Assembly: GCA_964016885.1 (NCBI GenBank)
Contig: OZ024742.1
Location: forward strand, 134,788,001 to 134,852,000
Reading direction: 5' to 3'
From: Eledone cirrhosa
Taxonomy: Eukaryota
DNA length: 64,000 nt
Under the pieces are notes generated by a model. It worked only from the letters and a program-made list of their open reading frames with translations, did not search any database and was not told the DNA's origin. The position numbers and the translations under genes were made by a program. The stretch's first letter is position 1. Each line of letters starts with the position of its first letter. Shown piece after piece: positions 51,845 to 64,000 of the stretch.

Positions 51845-52571
51845 TAGACACGCAGTGACTAACAACAGACTCTTTTAAGTCTGCATGTCTGGCATATATG
51901 CGTAGCTTGTGAATAAAACATTCAAGGGGTTTCGCTAGCCGTGGTGATATCTGGAAAACATCTTTTGCAATGTATCGTCTTATTTTCTAATTTCATCATC
52001 TTATTGGCTAATCAACCAATGAGAGTAATTATTGCTCAAAATCATCCGCAACTTTGTTTGCACGTTTATTTATCGTTTCGCTTTCGAATCTTCCTCTTGT
52101 ATTTCGTCGTTTTATCATCAAAATAATTTTCTCGTTTGGTAAGTTATATTGTTAATTTATATATGATTTTTTTTTTTATTGATATTAACCATTTTTTTTT
52201 CAGTTCGTTATAACATGCTTATAATATTGTTTGTATCATATTTACTTGTATATTTGTCCATATTATTGTTCATTTTATGTTAGATTATTTTATTATTATT
52301 GTGTAAGATTTTTTTTTTTATTATGTTCGACTATTTGTAAGTAATATTTAATTTTTATTAATTCAACTATAACAATTATTATGTAAAATAAATAAAATAT
52401 ATTTATTTAATATTGAATGTTTTTTTGTAGTTGTTTATATTAAAAGTCTGAAAATATTTTTATACATCTGACAATAATATTTATAAGATCATTTATGAAA
52501 TAACGATAATTTATTATTAATATATATCATGTTTAACTATAGTTATGACAAGCGTTGCCTTAAAAGAATAT

Positions 52572-53024
52572 TAAACTAGACCTGAAAAATGCACAAGCTC
52601 AAAAGAGCCACAGAATGTTATAATAAACCTTCAAATGTGTGGGACTAGAGTTGTTGCTCAAAAATATTGTAATCATTATCTATCGTACACTTTGTGGCAT
52701 CCTTTTATAAAAAAAGCGACTCATAACGAACTCAAGCCGACACGATAATTATTTAAGTGAATTAATAATATATAATTCGGTTTAAGTGCATTTCGAATTA
52801 ATCGTTACTAAACATCTATTAAGAGATATTGAACATTAGCTTAAATAATTATCGTGTCGTCTTGAGTTCGTTAGGAATCGCTTTTTTATAAAAGGATGAC
52901 ACAGAGTGTACGATAGATAATGATTACAATATTTTTGTGCAACAACTCTAGTGCCACACTTTTGAAGGTTTATTATAACATTCTGTGGCTCTTTTGAGCT
53001 TGCGCATTTTTCAGGTCTAGTTTA
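52572..53024. repeat. Long inverted repeat (~185 bp arms, 82 bp spacer): MITE or inverted pLTR
   Basis: 52572-52757 is the near-perfect reverse complement of 52840-53024; TA-rich flanks. Confidence 0.85.
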
Positions 53025-53227
53025 TAAATATATATATAAGATACAAAGAAAGCTTAAGCTTTTGTTTAAAAGCAGCCGACAATTTGAAAATTAGATAGTG
53101 AAATAGAGCTTCCGCCGTATTATTTACCAAGTTATTAGACTAATAGTAAGTGTTATAAAAACCCACAGCATGGAATAGGGAGAAACATTGACTCACATGG
53201 GACATGAACCTACCCATATATATATAC

Positions 53228-53310
<83 letters not shown>

Positions 53311-53466
53311 CATAAACATATATATATATATATATATATACATATATATATACATATATATATGTATATATATATATATATGTATATATATGTTTATGTA
53401 TATGTATATATATATATATATATATATGTTTATGTATATGTATATATATATATATACATATATATG

Positions 53467-53558
<92 letters not shown>

Positions 53559-54090
53559 CTAGTTTTGCGACCTAAGAGTAAATAAGTAAATAAAATAAAA
53601 TAAAATAAAATAAATAAATAAATACGTACATAAGCACAATAACAACAAACACATAAACACACATTAGTCACACAATCACGAACACACATCACACATCAAA
53701 ACACTATACACACACGCAAACGCATGCGCAAATAAGACAACATAAAATAAACAAACAAGCAAATAAATAAATAAATAAATATATAGACAGACTGAATGAA
53801 AAAATGGCGTAGACATACAATTCAACATGAGGAAACAATAACACCACTGACGATGTTGCAGATGTGCAACGAAAGATTTATGACAAACTATATATATGTG
53901 TTTGTGTCTATATTGTATCTGTATTATTTTTGACCGTCGGTCAGTCAATGGCAACATTGAGGACCGAGTATATTAGATTACCGATATAAAAGACACAGAA
54001 GCGAAAAGCGAAAACCAACCAAACAGCGAGTGTGTTCTGTTATTAATTCTGGCAATATTACACAAATATGACCCTCCCCAAGTATAACAA
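53559..54090 (+). mobile_element. PLE family C 3' region with an HHR (53844-53883)
   Basis: Colinear with 57013-57525; ca-CTGACGA-t gttgca gatg tgcaac-GAAAGATTTA-tg. Confidence 0.8.
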
Positions 54091-54097
54091 TATATAC

Positions 54098-54180
<83 letters not shown>

Positions 54181-54364
54181 TATATACATATATATATACA
54201 TATACATATACATATATATATATATATAGTTGTTATATAGTAAGGTGCATTATTGGTTGTGTAAAATGGTCCAATAACTTTATGTTAGCAATATTAAGTT
54301 CTCCACGCTTTTGTATATCTCCAATTACATTCGAGGGAACGCCTACATGATGTAAAACGGAGTA

Positions 54365-56694
54365 TAATTATCAACATGAAAATCCGAAAGCAAGGTAAAA
54401 TTCCAATCATTTAATCACGACACATGTTTCAATAAGAGATAGATCGATTGTGAAGCCATGATCGATTATCACCCATCTCATCAGGTGAAAATGAATTGTC
54501 TTCAAATTCTTCTTATGAGGGAGAAAAAATAACGATGTTCTCTCACATAATTCATTCCCTCATATGGAGACCCACCAGTCAGTCAGAGACATGGCGACTG
54601 CTATTAGCTTTAGTTGAGGTCATAAAAGTTTTCAGATTTCTATCGCTGCAAAAGACGCTGGACATCAATAAAATCTGTAGGGATACAGTCAGTCACAGTT
54701 AAAAGTGAGTGGGTAGACACACACTCCACACCTACATTCATCGGCTCGAGGTCGAAGAAAAATATATACATATATATACACATATCAACACAGTATTAAA
54801 CCCGTAGAATTAGCGTGGGTGGGTACACACACACTTTCACACACACGGAAGCGATGTCCGAGAAAAAAAAACACATATAAGAATGTACCAACACAGCACT
54901 CACCGAAAAGTTAGTTCGCAAAGCAACAGAAGCTATGTCGGTCAAATCTCAATTTGACGATGGAAATTGGAAATATTGGGTTAACCAACGCTACACACAT
55001 ACACACACACACACACACGTGCGCGAGCACGCAAGTAGGTTCAGTTCAGTGTTCTGCTATACGTGTATAGATCCAATTGTAACATCCATATCTTCAAGTG
55101 TATGTTATGGTATATGGTATATACACATCCGAATTGTCCAAAAAATGGGGTGGGGAGCGTATCTCCGGGTATATACACATCCATGTGAAGAGCAAGCAAT
55201 CAGTTTATGTCGAACTCCTTGTGTACCGTTGTCCAGTTGAGAATCCGTGTCACCAAATCCGTGCGTGCAAGCAACTGCAATGTGGGCCGGCAAAGGGCTC
55301 CGTGTAGGGTTGGGCATTGGGTAAATGCCTCCGCAAGTGCGATTTCCCGTCAAATGGGCCAATGAGCTTTTAAGATAGTTGTTTGAGTGGTGGGCGTGTG
55401 TTATCCAACACAGAAGGTGAAGTAAGAAAACACAGGACATTAAAATCCAAAGGATGTGTGTGGCCCCATTAATGGTGTGTCATTATCGTTGTTCAATCCG
55501 TAACAGTGAGTCCTCCATGGTTAGATAACCACGCATCAAAACCTGGTTTAGTGTTCAGTCGGTAGGAACGTGACAGTCGTAAATGTGGAAGTTCAATGTT
55601 TAAAGGAAGCGAGTACTGTGTGTAGAGCTATGTATAGGGAGCGTAATCGGTCCTAACTAAGTGTGTAATCAATCTAACTATTTACTAGCTAGGTATTCTA
55701 AAAGACAGCACTCAGCTGTGAGAACTCCGTGGAAACAGGCCTAGTATCGTTTGCCAGTGCGCAAACAATCTTAGCCGTCTAACTACCTAAGGGTGTGACT
55801 GACCGTTTATTGAGAGAACTCTATCGCTAAAGTAGAGAGGAAGGAGTTATTGGTAGGTTACCTTCCAAAAATCCTGCGGAAGGTTTTCGAGGTTCTATGT
55901 TGACAGTTGATGAAAATATCTGCTCTTCTATTAATTAATAGGGGACCGCCTCTAATAATGTTGAAAATTTATTTCAGCTATACATAAATTGCAGACGTCA
56001 GTGCTGCCGTTATAAGGTTGGGCTGAACAAACTATGGACCAGGATAAGGAGTGCTCTATATTCTGATGTTTAAGCTTCCAGACTAATTCCGAAAGTGCCG
56101 TGCTATTTTTCTTATCTAATCTATTAAATGTATGGCGGTGATTATACCATCTATCCTTAAATTCCGTGGCAGTTGCCCAAACATACCTAAAGGTTCTATC
56201 AGGAGTGGAGACCTTACAGTCGTAGACTATGTTTTAGGTAAGGCATTTCCCAGCCATGGGGCAGGTGGCGGTGCTTCTGCAGTTACATTTTTTGCTATCG
56301 ATCTGGGTGGTTCCGGATGGATCACGGTACCTTTGGGGTGGGGTCTCAGTTCCAGTCTGCTCTATGGTTAAATTCCCTGGGGAGACCCGTCTCGCCTCAC
56401 GTGTATGAGTCAGTTCCTCAATAGAGCTGCCATTGTTTCTGCCATGCCTAATTCCTTCATTGGCTGTCCTAAGTCTACTATAATTCATCTTATCTATATT
56501 CTAGCTATGTTACTAGTTGTGGAGTAGGACAGCTTCATGGTATTTCTATTGAATATTTTATAAAATCAAGAATTTGAACAACAATTCATTTTCCCCTGAT
56601 GAGATCAGTGATAATCGATCATGGCTCTTATTAAAAGATATGTCGTGATTAAATGCTTGGAATTTTACCTTGCCTTCGGATTTTCATATTGATA
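54365..56694 (-). mobile_element. 5'-truncated decayed PLE (Hydra-type EN) with an inverted terminal pLTR
   Basis: Minus strand CNCRSTATCPMAGKCL..IVY..FKDRWYNH..TALSELVWKLK..CNLC (55950-56560, frameshifted). 54369-54511 is inverted at 56568-56694. Confidence 0.8.
54415..54488 (-). ncRNA. Type I hammerhead with extended stem II
   Basis: tcac-CTGATGA-[gatgggtgata atcgat..atcgat c tatctcttatt]-GAA-ACATGTGT-C-gtga; decayed plus-strand copy at ~56592-56648. Confidence 0.8.
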
Positions 56695-56698
56695 TATA

Positions 56699-56775
<77 letters not shown>

Positions 56776-56785
56776 CGGTGATGAA

Positions 56786-57528
56786 TTAGTTTTGCGAGGT
56801 TTTTTAAAGGACGAAAAAACGGGTCAGTACTATACGAACATGCTAGACAACAACATGACGGTAACATAGACAACATAGAAATTAGAATAATATCTAAACA
56901 TAGAAATGACCCAGCAGATAGGCAAATCAGAGAGGCCAGTGAAATAGAAATTAGAAGACCAAGACTAAACAGAAAGAATGAATGGAATAACAACACCCAA
57001 ACAAACAACACTGACCTAAGAGAAGTATAAATTAGTAAATAAAATAAAATAATAAATAAATAAATAAATAAATACATACACAAGCAAAATAACAACAGGC
57101 ACATAAACACATACTAGTCACCCATCAAACAGCAAACAAAACACTATACACACACGCAAACGCATGCGCAAAGAAGACAATAAAATAAAAAAACAAGCAA
57201 ATAAATAAATAAATATATAGACAGACTGAATAAAAATGACGTAGACATACAATACAACAGGAGGAAACGATAGCACCACTGACGATGTTGCAGATGTGCA
57301 ACGAAAGATTTATGATAAACTATATATATGTGTTTGTGTCTATATTGTATCTGTATTATTTTTGACCGTCGGTCAGTCAATGGCAACATTGAGGACCGAT
57401 AAGTTAGATTACCGATATAAAAGACACAGAAACGAGAAGCGAAAACCAACCAAACAGTGAGTGTGTTCTGTTATTAATTCTGGCAATATTACACAAATAT
57501 GACCCTCCCCAAGTATAACAATATATAT
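56786..57528 (+). mobile_element. 5'-truncated PLE family C: GIY-YIG C-terminus + HHR (57276-57315)
   Basis: Translation SVLYEHARQQHDG..IRIISKH..PADRQIREA..I...RPRLNRKNEW (56788-57030). Confidence 0.8.
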
Positions 57529-57529
57529 A

Positions 57530-60500
57530 TTACATATCTCTCTCTCCACCACCGGACCTTGTTACCCGGAGATTTACCCATTTGCATTGTCGAGGCTTCC
57601 AAACGACTTATAAATATTTACTTATTGTTCCACAATGCTTCAAGCAAACTTCAATACTCTCTTATCCTTACACCTGAGCCAGGAATTGTTTGCATCCGTA
57701 AGGGAACTGTTTAGACTGTCGGAGAAATGGGCCAACGCTGGCTGCCAAATTATTTTCCTGAAACGCTGCCTAAAAAACGATGTCATCCCCAACACCATCA
57801 AGAACATCTGCTTACCAGTAAGCCTACGTACACCAGCCTTCCAAAACACCACTAACCGCATACATCACACGTGTATTAAACAGATCCTGAGGCATCTCAA
57901 CCGCCAATTACACTTCCATAAGCGGACACTCTCAGAGCGGACACATCGACTGCCAATAGCACCCGGAGACTTGCTCCTAAATATCACTAAAGCAATCGAC
58001 CAGTGCTACCACTCCAGAGTCCAATACGAGAAAAAACGACTCAAACGAAAATATGAGTGGATCTTGTCGAAACGCCACAACGAGAACATCGACACTAACG
58101 AACAGACGGACCAGAACCACGTGGAAAACAACAACTTAACAACCGCCACCGCCGCTACCACCAACACCGAGCCATACCTCAACGATGCGACGCACCTGGT
58201 CACCGACCTAACCGGCACTCTCACGAGCGACGAGCTGAAACTCCTACACCTCGGACCTAAGTTCATCGTCACACAACGTCTCGACGACAGACTCAAACTC
58301 AACATCGAGGCCAACTTTTGTCGAGCCGCTTACCAATTTAAATGGGTGACCGCTATCAACAGCGCCACAGATAATAACAGCGCCGACACCCCCACCCCAA
58401 GTTCCCCACTTACCACCCGGACAACCCACTCCACCCCCCACCCACCAACCACGAACTCGACACCAAACTCATCAGGCTAAAACACTCCATCTCGGATATA
58501 CTTCACAAACACACACACACACACGCACAACACATAACCTCACCAAATCTCAACTCACCACTCTCTCCAACCTAAAATCGAAGAACCTCATCTATATCCC
58601 CTCCGACAAGGGAAAAGAATTCTGCGTCATCAACAGAGAGGCCTACAACACCCTGGCCCTCCAACACCTTGACGATGACAACTTCTACTCCAAGGTCACG
58701 GGAATCACTCCCGCGCAGCTAGAGGAACACATCAACTCCGCCTGGACCAACATCTGCGACCTGCGGAAGCTCCCGAAGAAGCTGAGATGCAACCTCACGA
58801 GGAACAGCAGACTACCCGCCTTCTACCACCTCGTGAAAACACACAAACAGGGACCCGACCCGAAAATCAGGCCCATCGTATCGAGCGTGGAGGGACCACT
58901 CTACAAAATTTCATGGCTCCTAGCCAGAATACTCAAACCCATCTTAGACACCTTGCCGGGACACGTTAACAGCTCCGATGAGGTGTTGAAGCGACTGCAT
59001 CAAATGGATCCCGACACCAGAAGGAATAACAGATATGCCTTCAGCCTTGATGTAGTCGCTCTCTACACCTCGGTCCCGGCACTCCCGGCCGTCAATATAC
59101 TAATGGAACGCGTCCAATCCACCGACCTACACTGCTTCGAGCTCACCACCACTGACATCGATCAACTCCTATCCATCGTCGTCGACAACACCTACTTCGG
59201 ATTCCTTGACCAAATATACCAACAAACCTCGGGATTGCCCATGGGATCAAGTCTATCAGGTGTGCTAGCGATCTCCTACATGGACAACCTCGAACGAAAG
59301 GCTCTCAACGCCTGCCACCCCAACGCCGTAGCCTTTTTCTCAAGATACGTGGACGATATCCTCATCCTCACATCTTCCCAAGACACGGCGAACAGAATCT
59401 ATGAGACGTTCAACAACACGGACGAGAACATTGACTTCAGTGTTGAACAACCCAACGAAGACGGGTCACTTGCCCTCCTCGACTTTCGAATCAACATCAC
59501 GGAACAAGGAGGGATCCACTGCAACTTCTACAGAAAGGCAGCCTGCAGGGACCTATTCGTTGACTACAAGTCCGCCCTCCCTAACAGTGCCAAAAGAGGA
59601 TACATCACGAACGAGATCGCGCGAATCAAAAACAGATGCAGCGATCCCGCCAGTGGTGTCACTCATACCAAGCGATTCCTCGAGGTGCTGGAGACGAACG
59701 GTACCCTACCTCGATCACAGACAGAATAGGAGACACCAGACGCAAGAGACAGAGAAGCACCCAAGGCAAGTGCTTCCTTAAAATGCCACACCTGGGCGAG
59801 AAAACCACCAACGCTATCCGCAAGGCTATACGGAGGGAGGGCCTCGACATCCACCTGGCCCACTCGGGCCCCTCCCTGCGAAGATGCCTCTCCAGGAAAC
59901 CCGAAAAATCTACTGACGCATGCTCCCTCAGAGACTGCCCGATACGCCATGCTAACTGTTGCCTACGCACATACGCCGTGTATGAGATAGAATGTGACAG
60001 GTGCAACCAATACTACATAGGTAGCACAATTCGACCTTTGCACATCCGGATCAAGGAACACATTAAAACCAGGGCCTCGTCTTTCCGGAAACATATAGAC
60101 AAATGCGGAAACAAAGACGGAAGGCCCATTGTCACAATTCTAGCGACTGAAAGAAACGTCGGCACGTTACGTATTAAGGAAGCGCTTCTTATCAAACAAC
60201 TGCAACCGCAAATAAACAACCGATTAGAGAGAAGCGAAATGAAATGGCTGTTTTAAGTTAACAAGCGATGCAACAACACACAACACACGCACACACACAC
60301 ACACACACGCAAACGAGACAACTACACACACACACGCACACACACACACAGTAGCATTCCACCATACGAACATACTACACTGCCAATACAGATGAACAAG
60401 GCAACAACACACGCAAACACACACACACACACACACTCAAGCGAGACAACAACACACGCACACACACACACAGTAACATTTAACAAACAGGCAGAGAATG

Positions 60501-60975
60501 GACTGACAGCTAGCGCCATCCCACTCTCTCATTCGGCCGCTGACCTCTGTACGACCGACCCCATTTCACGCGCACGCGCGCTCGGCCGAGTACCTCAGAT
60601 ATTCAAATCAACAAACAGCGAAAGACGCGTTCCGAGTTGTCCGACAGACAACCTTTTCCCCCACCCCGGAAAAAAAACCCAGTTGATGGATGTGAATCCG
60701 AAATATATAGGGACTATTAAATCTCTCCCAAGGTAAGTATCTCTCTCTTGCGTTGTTATTATTATTTTTATTCTTTTACTCTTCCCTTCATTCTACACAT
60801 CTCACACATCTTATACACACCACGCATCTCAACGTACACCCACTTACATATCTCTCTCTCCACCATCGGACCTTGTTACCCGGAGATTTACCCATTTGCA
60901 TTGTCGAGGCTTCCAACCACTTATAAATATTTACTTATTGTTCCACAATGCTTCAAGCAAACTTCAATACTCTCA
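57530..60975 (+). mobile_element. Near full-length Penelope/Poseidon-like retroelement with direct pLTRs
   Basis: 57530-57661 is repeated at 60844-60975 and includes the ATG and first codons; single RT+GIY-YIG ORF; (TA)n on the right. Confidence 0.92.
57635..60256 (+). pseudogene. PLE polyprotein (RT + GIY-YIG), three frameshifts, no internal stop seen in the reconstructed path
   Basis: LGPKF, PSDKG, FYHLVKTHK..IRPIVS, FSLDVVALY, GLPMGS, RYVDD, LLDF..FYRK; AVY.IEC..C..YYIGST.R...RIKEH..H..EALLI...P.IN. Shifts at ~58390, ~58520 and ~59701. Confidence 0.9.
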
Positions 60976-60999
60976 TATATATATATGTATATAAATATA

Positions 61000-61085
<86 letters not shown>

Positions 61086-61706
61086 AATTGAATCAACAAG
61101 AGAGATGAACACTAATATAATCATACATGAGTTCGAATCGTAAGTACTAGGTGAGCTACGGTGAACAAATACTAACTACAGCAATATGGTTTGACAGACT
61201 TAATTTTAAGTAGTAAATTAAGAAAAATAACAGACCTATATCGGGCAATATACTGGTAACAACTAGACAGTTTTGAAAACTGTTGCGCAACATCTTATTA
61301 CGTTAGGTCAACACCTTTCTCTGCTCCACAGTAGTTGTTGAGAAATTAGCGATCATTCCATTTCTAAAAATATTAGAAGACTGAATTCTGTGCGATATGA
61401 AATAGCGACCGTGTCTCCGGAACCCAGCTTGTCTCGAAATTCCAAGCCGCTAAATTATCAGGCTGGTTAACAAGACATTAAAATTAGCTCTAAATGATGG
61501 TGCCTACAAATATATAGTGAGTTAGAAACTCAGATTAGTCACTTACAATTAAATAGCTCTAAGAAGAAAGCTCTTCCGATTTTCTAACTCACTATATATT
61601 ATGTATATATATTATATTATATATTATGTATATATATTATTTTATATTATATATATATATATATATATATATTTGGATTTTAGTCTTCAATTTTATTATT
61701 ATTACA

Positions 61707-61771
<65 letters not shown>

Positions 61772-61802
61772 AATAATAATAACATTGAAGACTAAAATCC
61801 AA

Positions 61803-61837
<35 letters not shown>

Positions 61838-61878
61838 ATATTATATTATATATATATATATATACACATATACATAAT

Positions 61879-62010
61879 GGGCGGTGGATTGGCAGTATCA
61901 GTTGAGGGTCGGACGCCATGCTTTCCAGCAATGTTACGTCCCTTTACGATAAAATAAATACCAGTAATGCACTGGCTAATTGATGGCCTTGTGCCTGAAA
62001 TAGAAACAAT

Positions 62011-62012
<2 letters not shown>
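61879..62012 (+). mobile_element. SINE family 1, internally deleted
   Basis: Head GGGCGGTGGATTGGCAGTATC joined to the tail TGGCCTTGTGCC..TAGAAACAATT. Confidence 0.8.
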
Positions 62013-62098
<86 letters not shown>

Positions 62099-62134
62099 CA
62101 CACACACACATATATATATATTATATATATATTC

Positions 62135-62466
62135 TATTCTATTCTAAGGCGGGTAAAATTCCCGAGATCCATGGACGAGTTCTCTCCAGCGGTCTCTGTC
62201 CCTCATCGCTGCGTCTCCAATAGACCAGTGTCTGTCCTTAGGGCATCAACATACGTTAACCTTGGTCTTCCTCTTCTAGTGTGTCCATGTAGGGGCTCCC
62301 GAAGGAGCACTGAGTGCAATGTCAACTCTGGATGTCGGTGAGCATGTCCAGCTAACATCAGTCTCCTCTGTGTCACTTTTGAGCTGACTTTTGGGATGCT
62401 ACCATATAGCTCTGTGTTTTTCATCCTCATTGTATACTGATTAATGTTCAGAGCCATCCTCAGCAT
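62135..62466 (-). pseudogene. RTE-like LINE 3' end with a (TAGAA)n tail
   Basis: RMALNI..RRLMLAGHAHRH..RRGRP..YVD.L..DTG; same family as 26520-26800. Confidence 0.85.
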
Positions 62467-64000
62467 TTACCGCATCTGCGAGAGAAACCACAAGAGCTCC
62501 ATCTCAATACTACTTTTGAAAAGCATAAGAACTGTGAAATCGGTAAAGGAAACAAATAAATATTCTGAAAAAGACTCCAGCTGCATTTTCGATTTCATCC
62601 TTTTTCCTTATATATATATATATAATTCTGATCGTATTAGTTTTAATACAATTCGGCACCAAAACGATTTTATAGCCCCCTCTAGGGGCGTCGGCGGTCG
62701 CAATTTATTTGTGTCCTCAGTTGGGCTTCTTAGTGTTAGGATGGTTAGAATTTTTGAATTTAATACATGTATATATAACCTTTCATTTCCAATTTTGGGT
62801 GCCAATGTAACTTTGCTATGTAAAATTGTATCTGTGGGGGAAGTCCTGTGTATTCTAATTTTGTGTGTATGGCGGGCCCCAAAACCTTAAGTCCACCGGG
62901 CCCCCCAAGGTCTGAATCCATCCTTAGCGGCAATATTTTATTGCATGTTTTATATTTTACGATGATGTGATTCTTTTCTAATTAAATAAAATTGCACAAA
63001 TATAGAATTAGCAAAACGAGAACATGTATCTTCCCAATATATAGGGTCAAGCGGACTGGGACTGATAGAAAACATACCGAAATAAAATAAATGCGTAATA
63101 CCAGCATTGACCAAACTCTGCATACTTCCATTCAAATAATCCGAATAATATCCTTGTTAGTGAATGGATAAATCTGAACAAAGTGAATGACTTCCAACCA
63201 CAATTTCGACCGATATTTTATCTCTAAATTTCCCTGAACTTTTACCAATAACTTAATCACAAGAAAACTAAATCAAAACTAAATAGAATTTAAACGACCC
63301 ACCAAAAAATTATTCTAACCGATGCAATAAGTTACTGTTGAATCTCACTTCAACTACATCATGCTACATTTAAAAAAATGGTTGGGGATAGCGAGGTAAT
63401 CATTGCGCCCCAGTATGTGGTACACACAAAGTGGATGAGATTAAAAATGCTAAACGCTAAATAATTTCAACCGAATTATTTCGGGTGTTTTAATTTTTCC
63501 TCGAGTTATTTCATTGCTATTTTGTGGATTTCATTTTCTTTAAACTCGATCTAAATGACTCGGTTTTCTATTTTATGTTTGTATTATCCCCAATGTAGTT
63601 AGAGAACTGGACAATAGGAAATATTATTGTCATTATTGTTGTTATTGGACGCACAAGTCTGCGGGGTAAAAGGTTCGTCACTTTCAGCTGTTTTAAAATA
63701 TCATTTTTTTTTGTATTTTCTTGTGGTTAAAGAAACATAAAGAAACATAAATCTTGGTTTCAATGGGTGGGGGTGGGGGCTATACCTCTCAATATTCCAG
63801 CTTTAAGCCCGATTATTCAGATTTATTTTATAAATTTCGAAAAAAAATCGCCTCCCCACCCCCCAAAAATATGGACATTTTCGACCTTGAAACGGTAAAC
63901 AACGTTCAGGTCAAAAGTTTAAAAGCAACCACTGTGGATTTCACCACATCTACGACGGCTACAGACATGCCTGTCGTCCACTCTACTGATGTGAAGGCAA

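Noticed and set aside
62860-63960. Possible DNA-transposon termini (GGGCCCC..GAATCC..CCT; GGGGTGGGG/CCCCACCCC)
   Set aside because: No matching opposite terminus or TSD could be established within the window.

Overview
AT-rich, microsatellite-dense eukaryotic DNA with no recognisable host gene. It is probably an octopod cephalopod, inferred from the tRNA-derived SINE families and the (TA)n/(CA)n load. The window is almost entirely retroelements. (1) One intact two-ORF Tx1/L1-clade LINE (13874-19712) sits head-to-tail behind two older copies of the same family. (2) One near-complete Penelope-like element (PLE; 57530-60975) has three frameshifts, all at slippery sites. (3) There are truncated PLEs of several GIY-YIG types, RTE and CRE-type LINE fragments, and two SINE families. 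Most notable is an RNA-level layer invisible in the ORF track. About ten distinct hammerhead ribozyme (HHR) motif families occur in PLE termini. Two non-coding tandem elements (~423 bp and 658 bp monomers) carry an HHR and look like retrozymes. One HHR family has a fixed non-canonical core (CAGAAGA). A degenerate HDV-like ribozyme marks an RTE 5' end. A covarying CUUGU-loop 3' hairpin is shared by the intact Tx1 LINE and the dominant SINE, suggesting a LINE-SINE partnership. Many fold-back (palindromic) insertions lie inside (TA)n tracts. All structures were read by eye, so boundaries of degraded elements are approximate.
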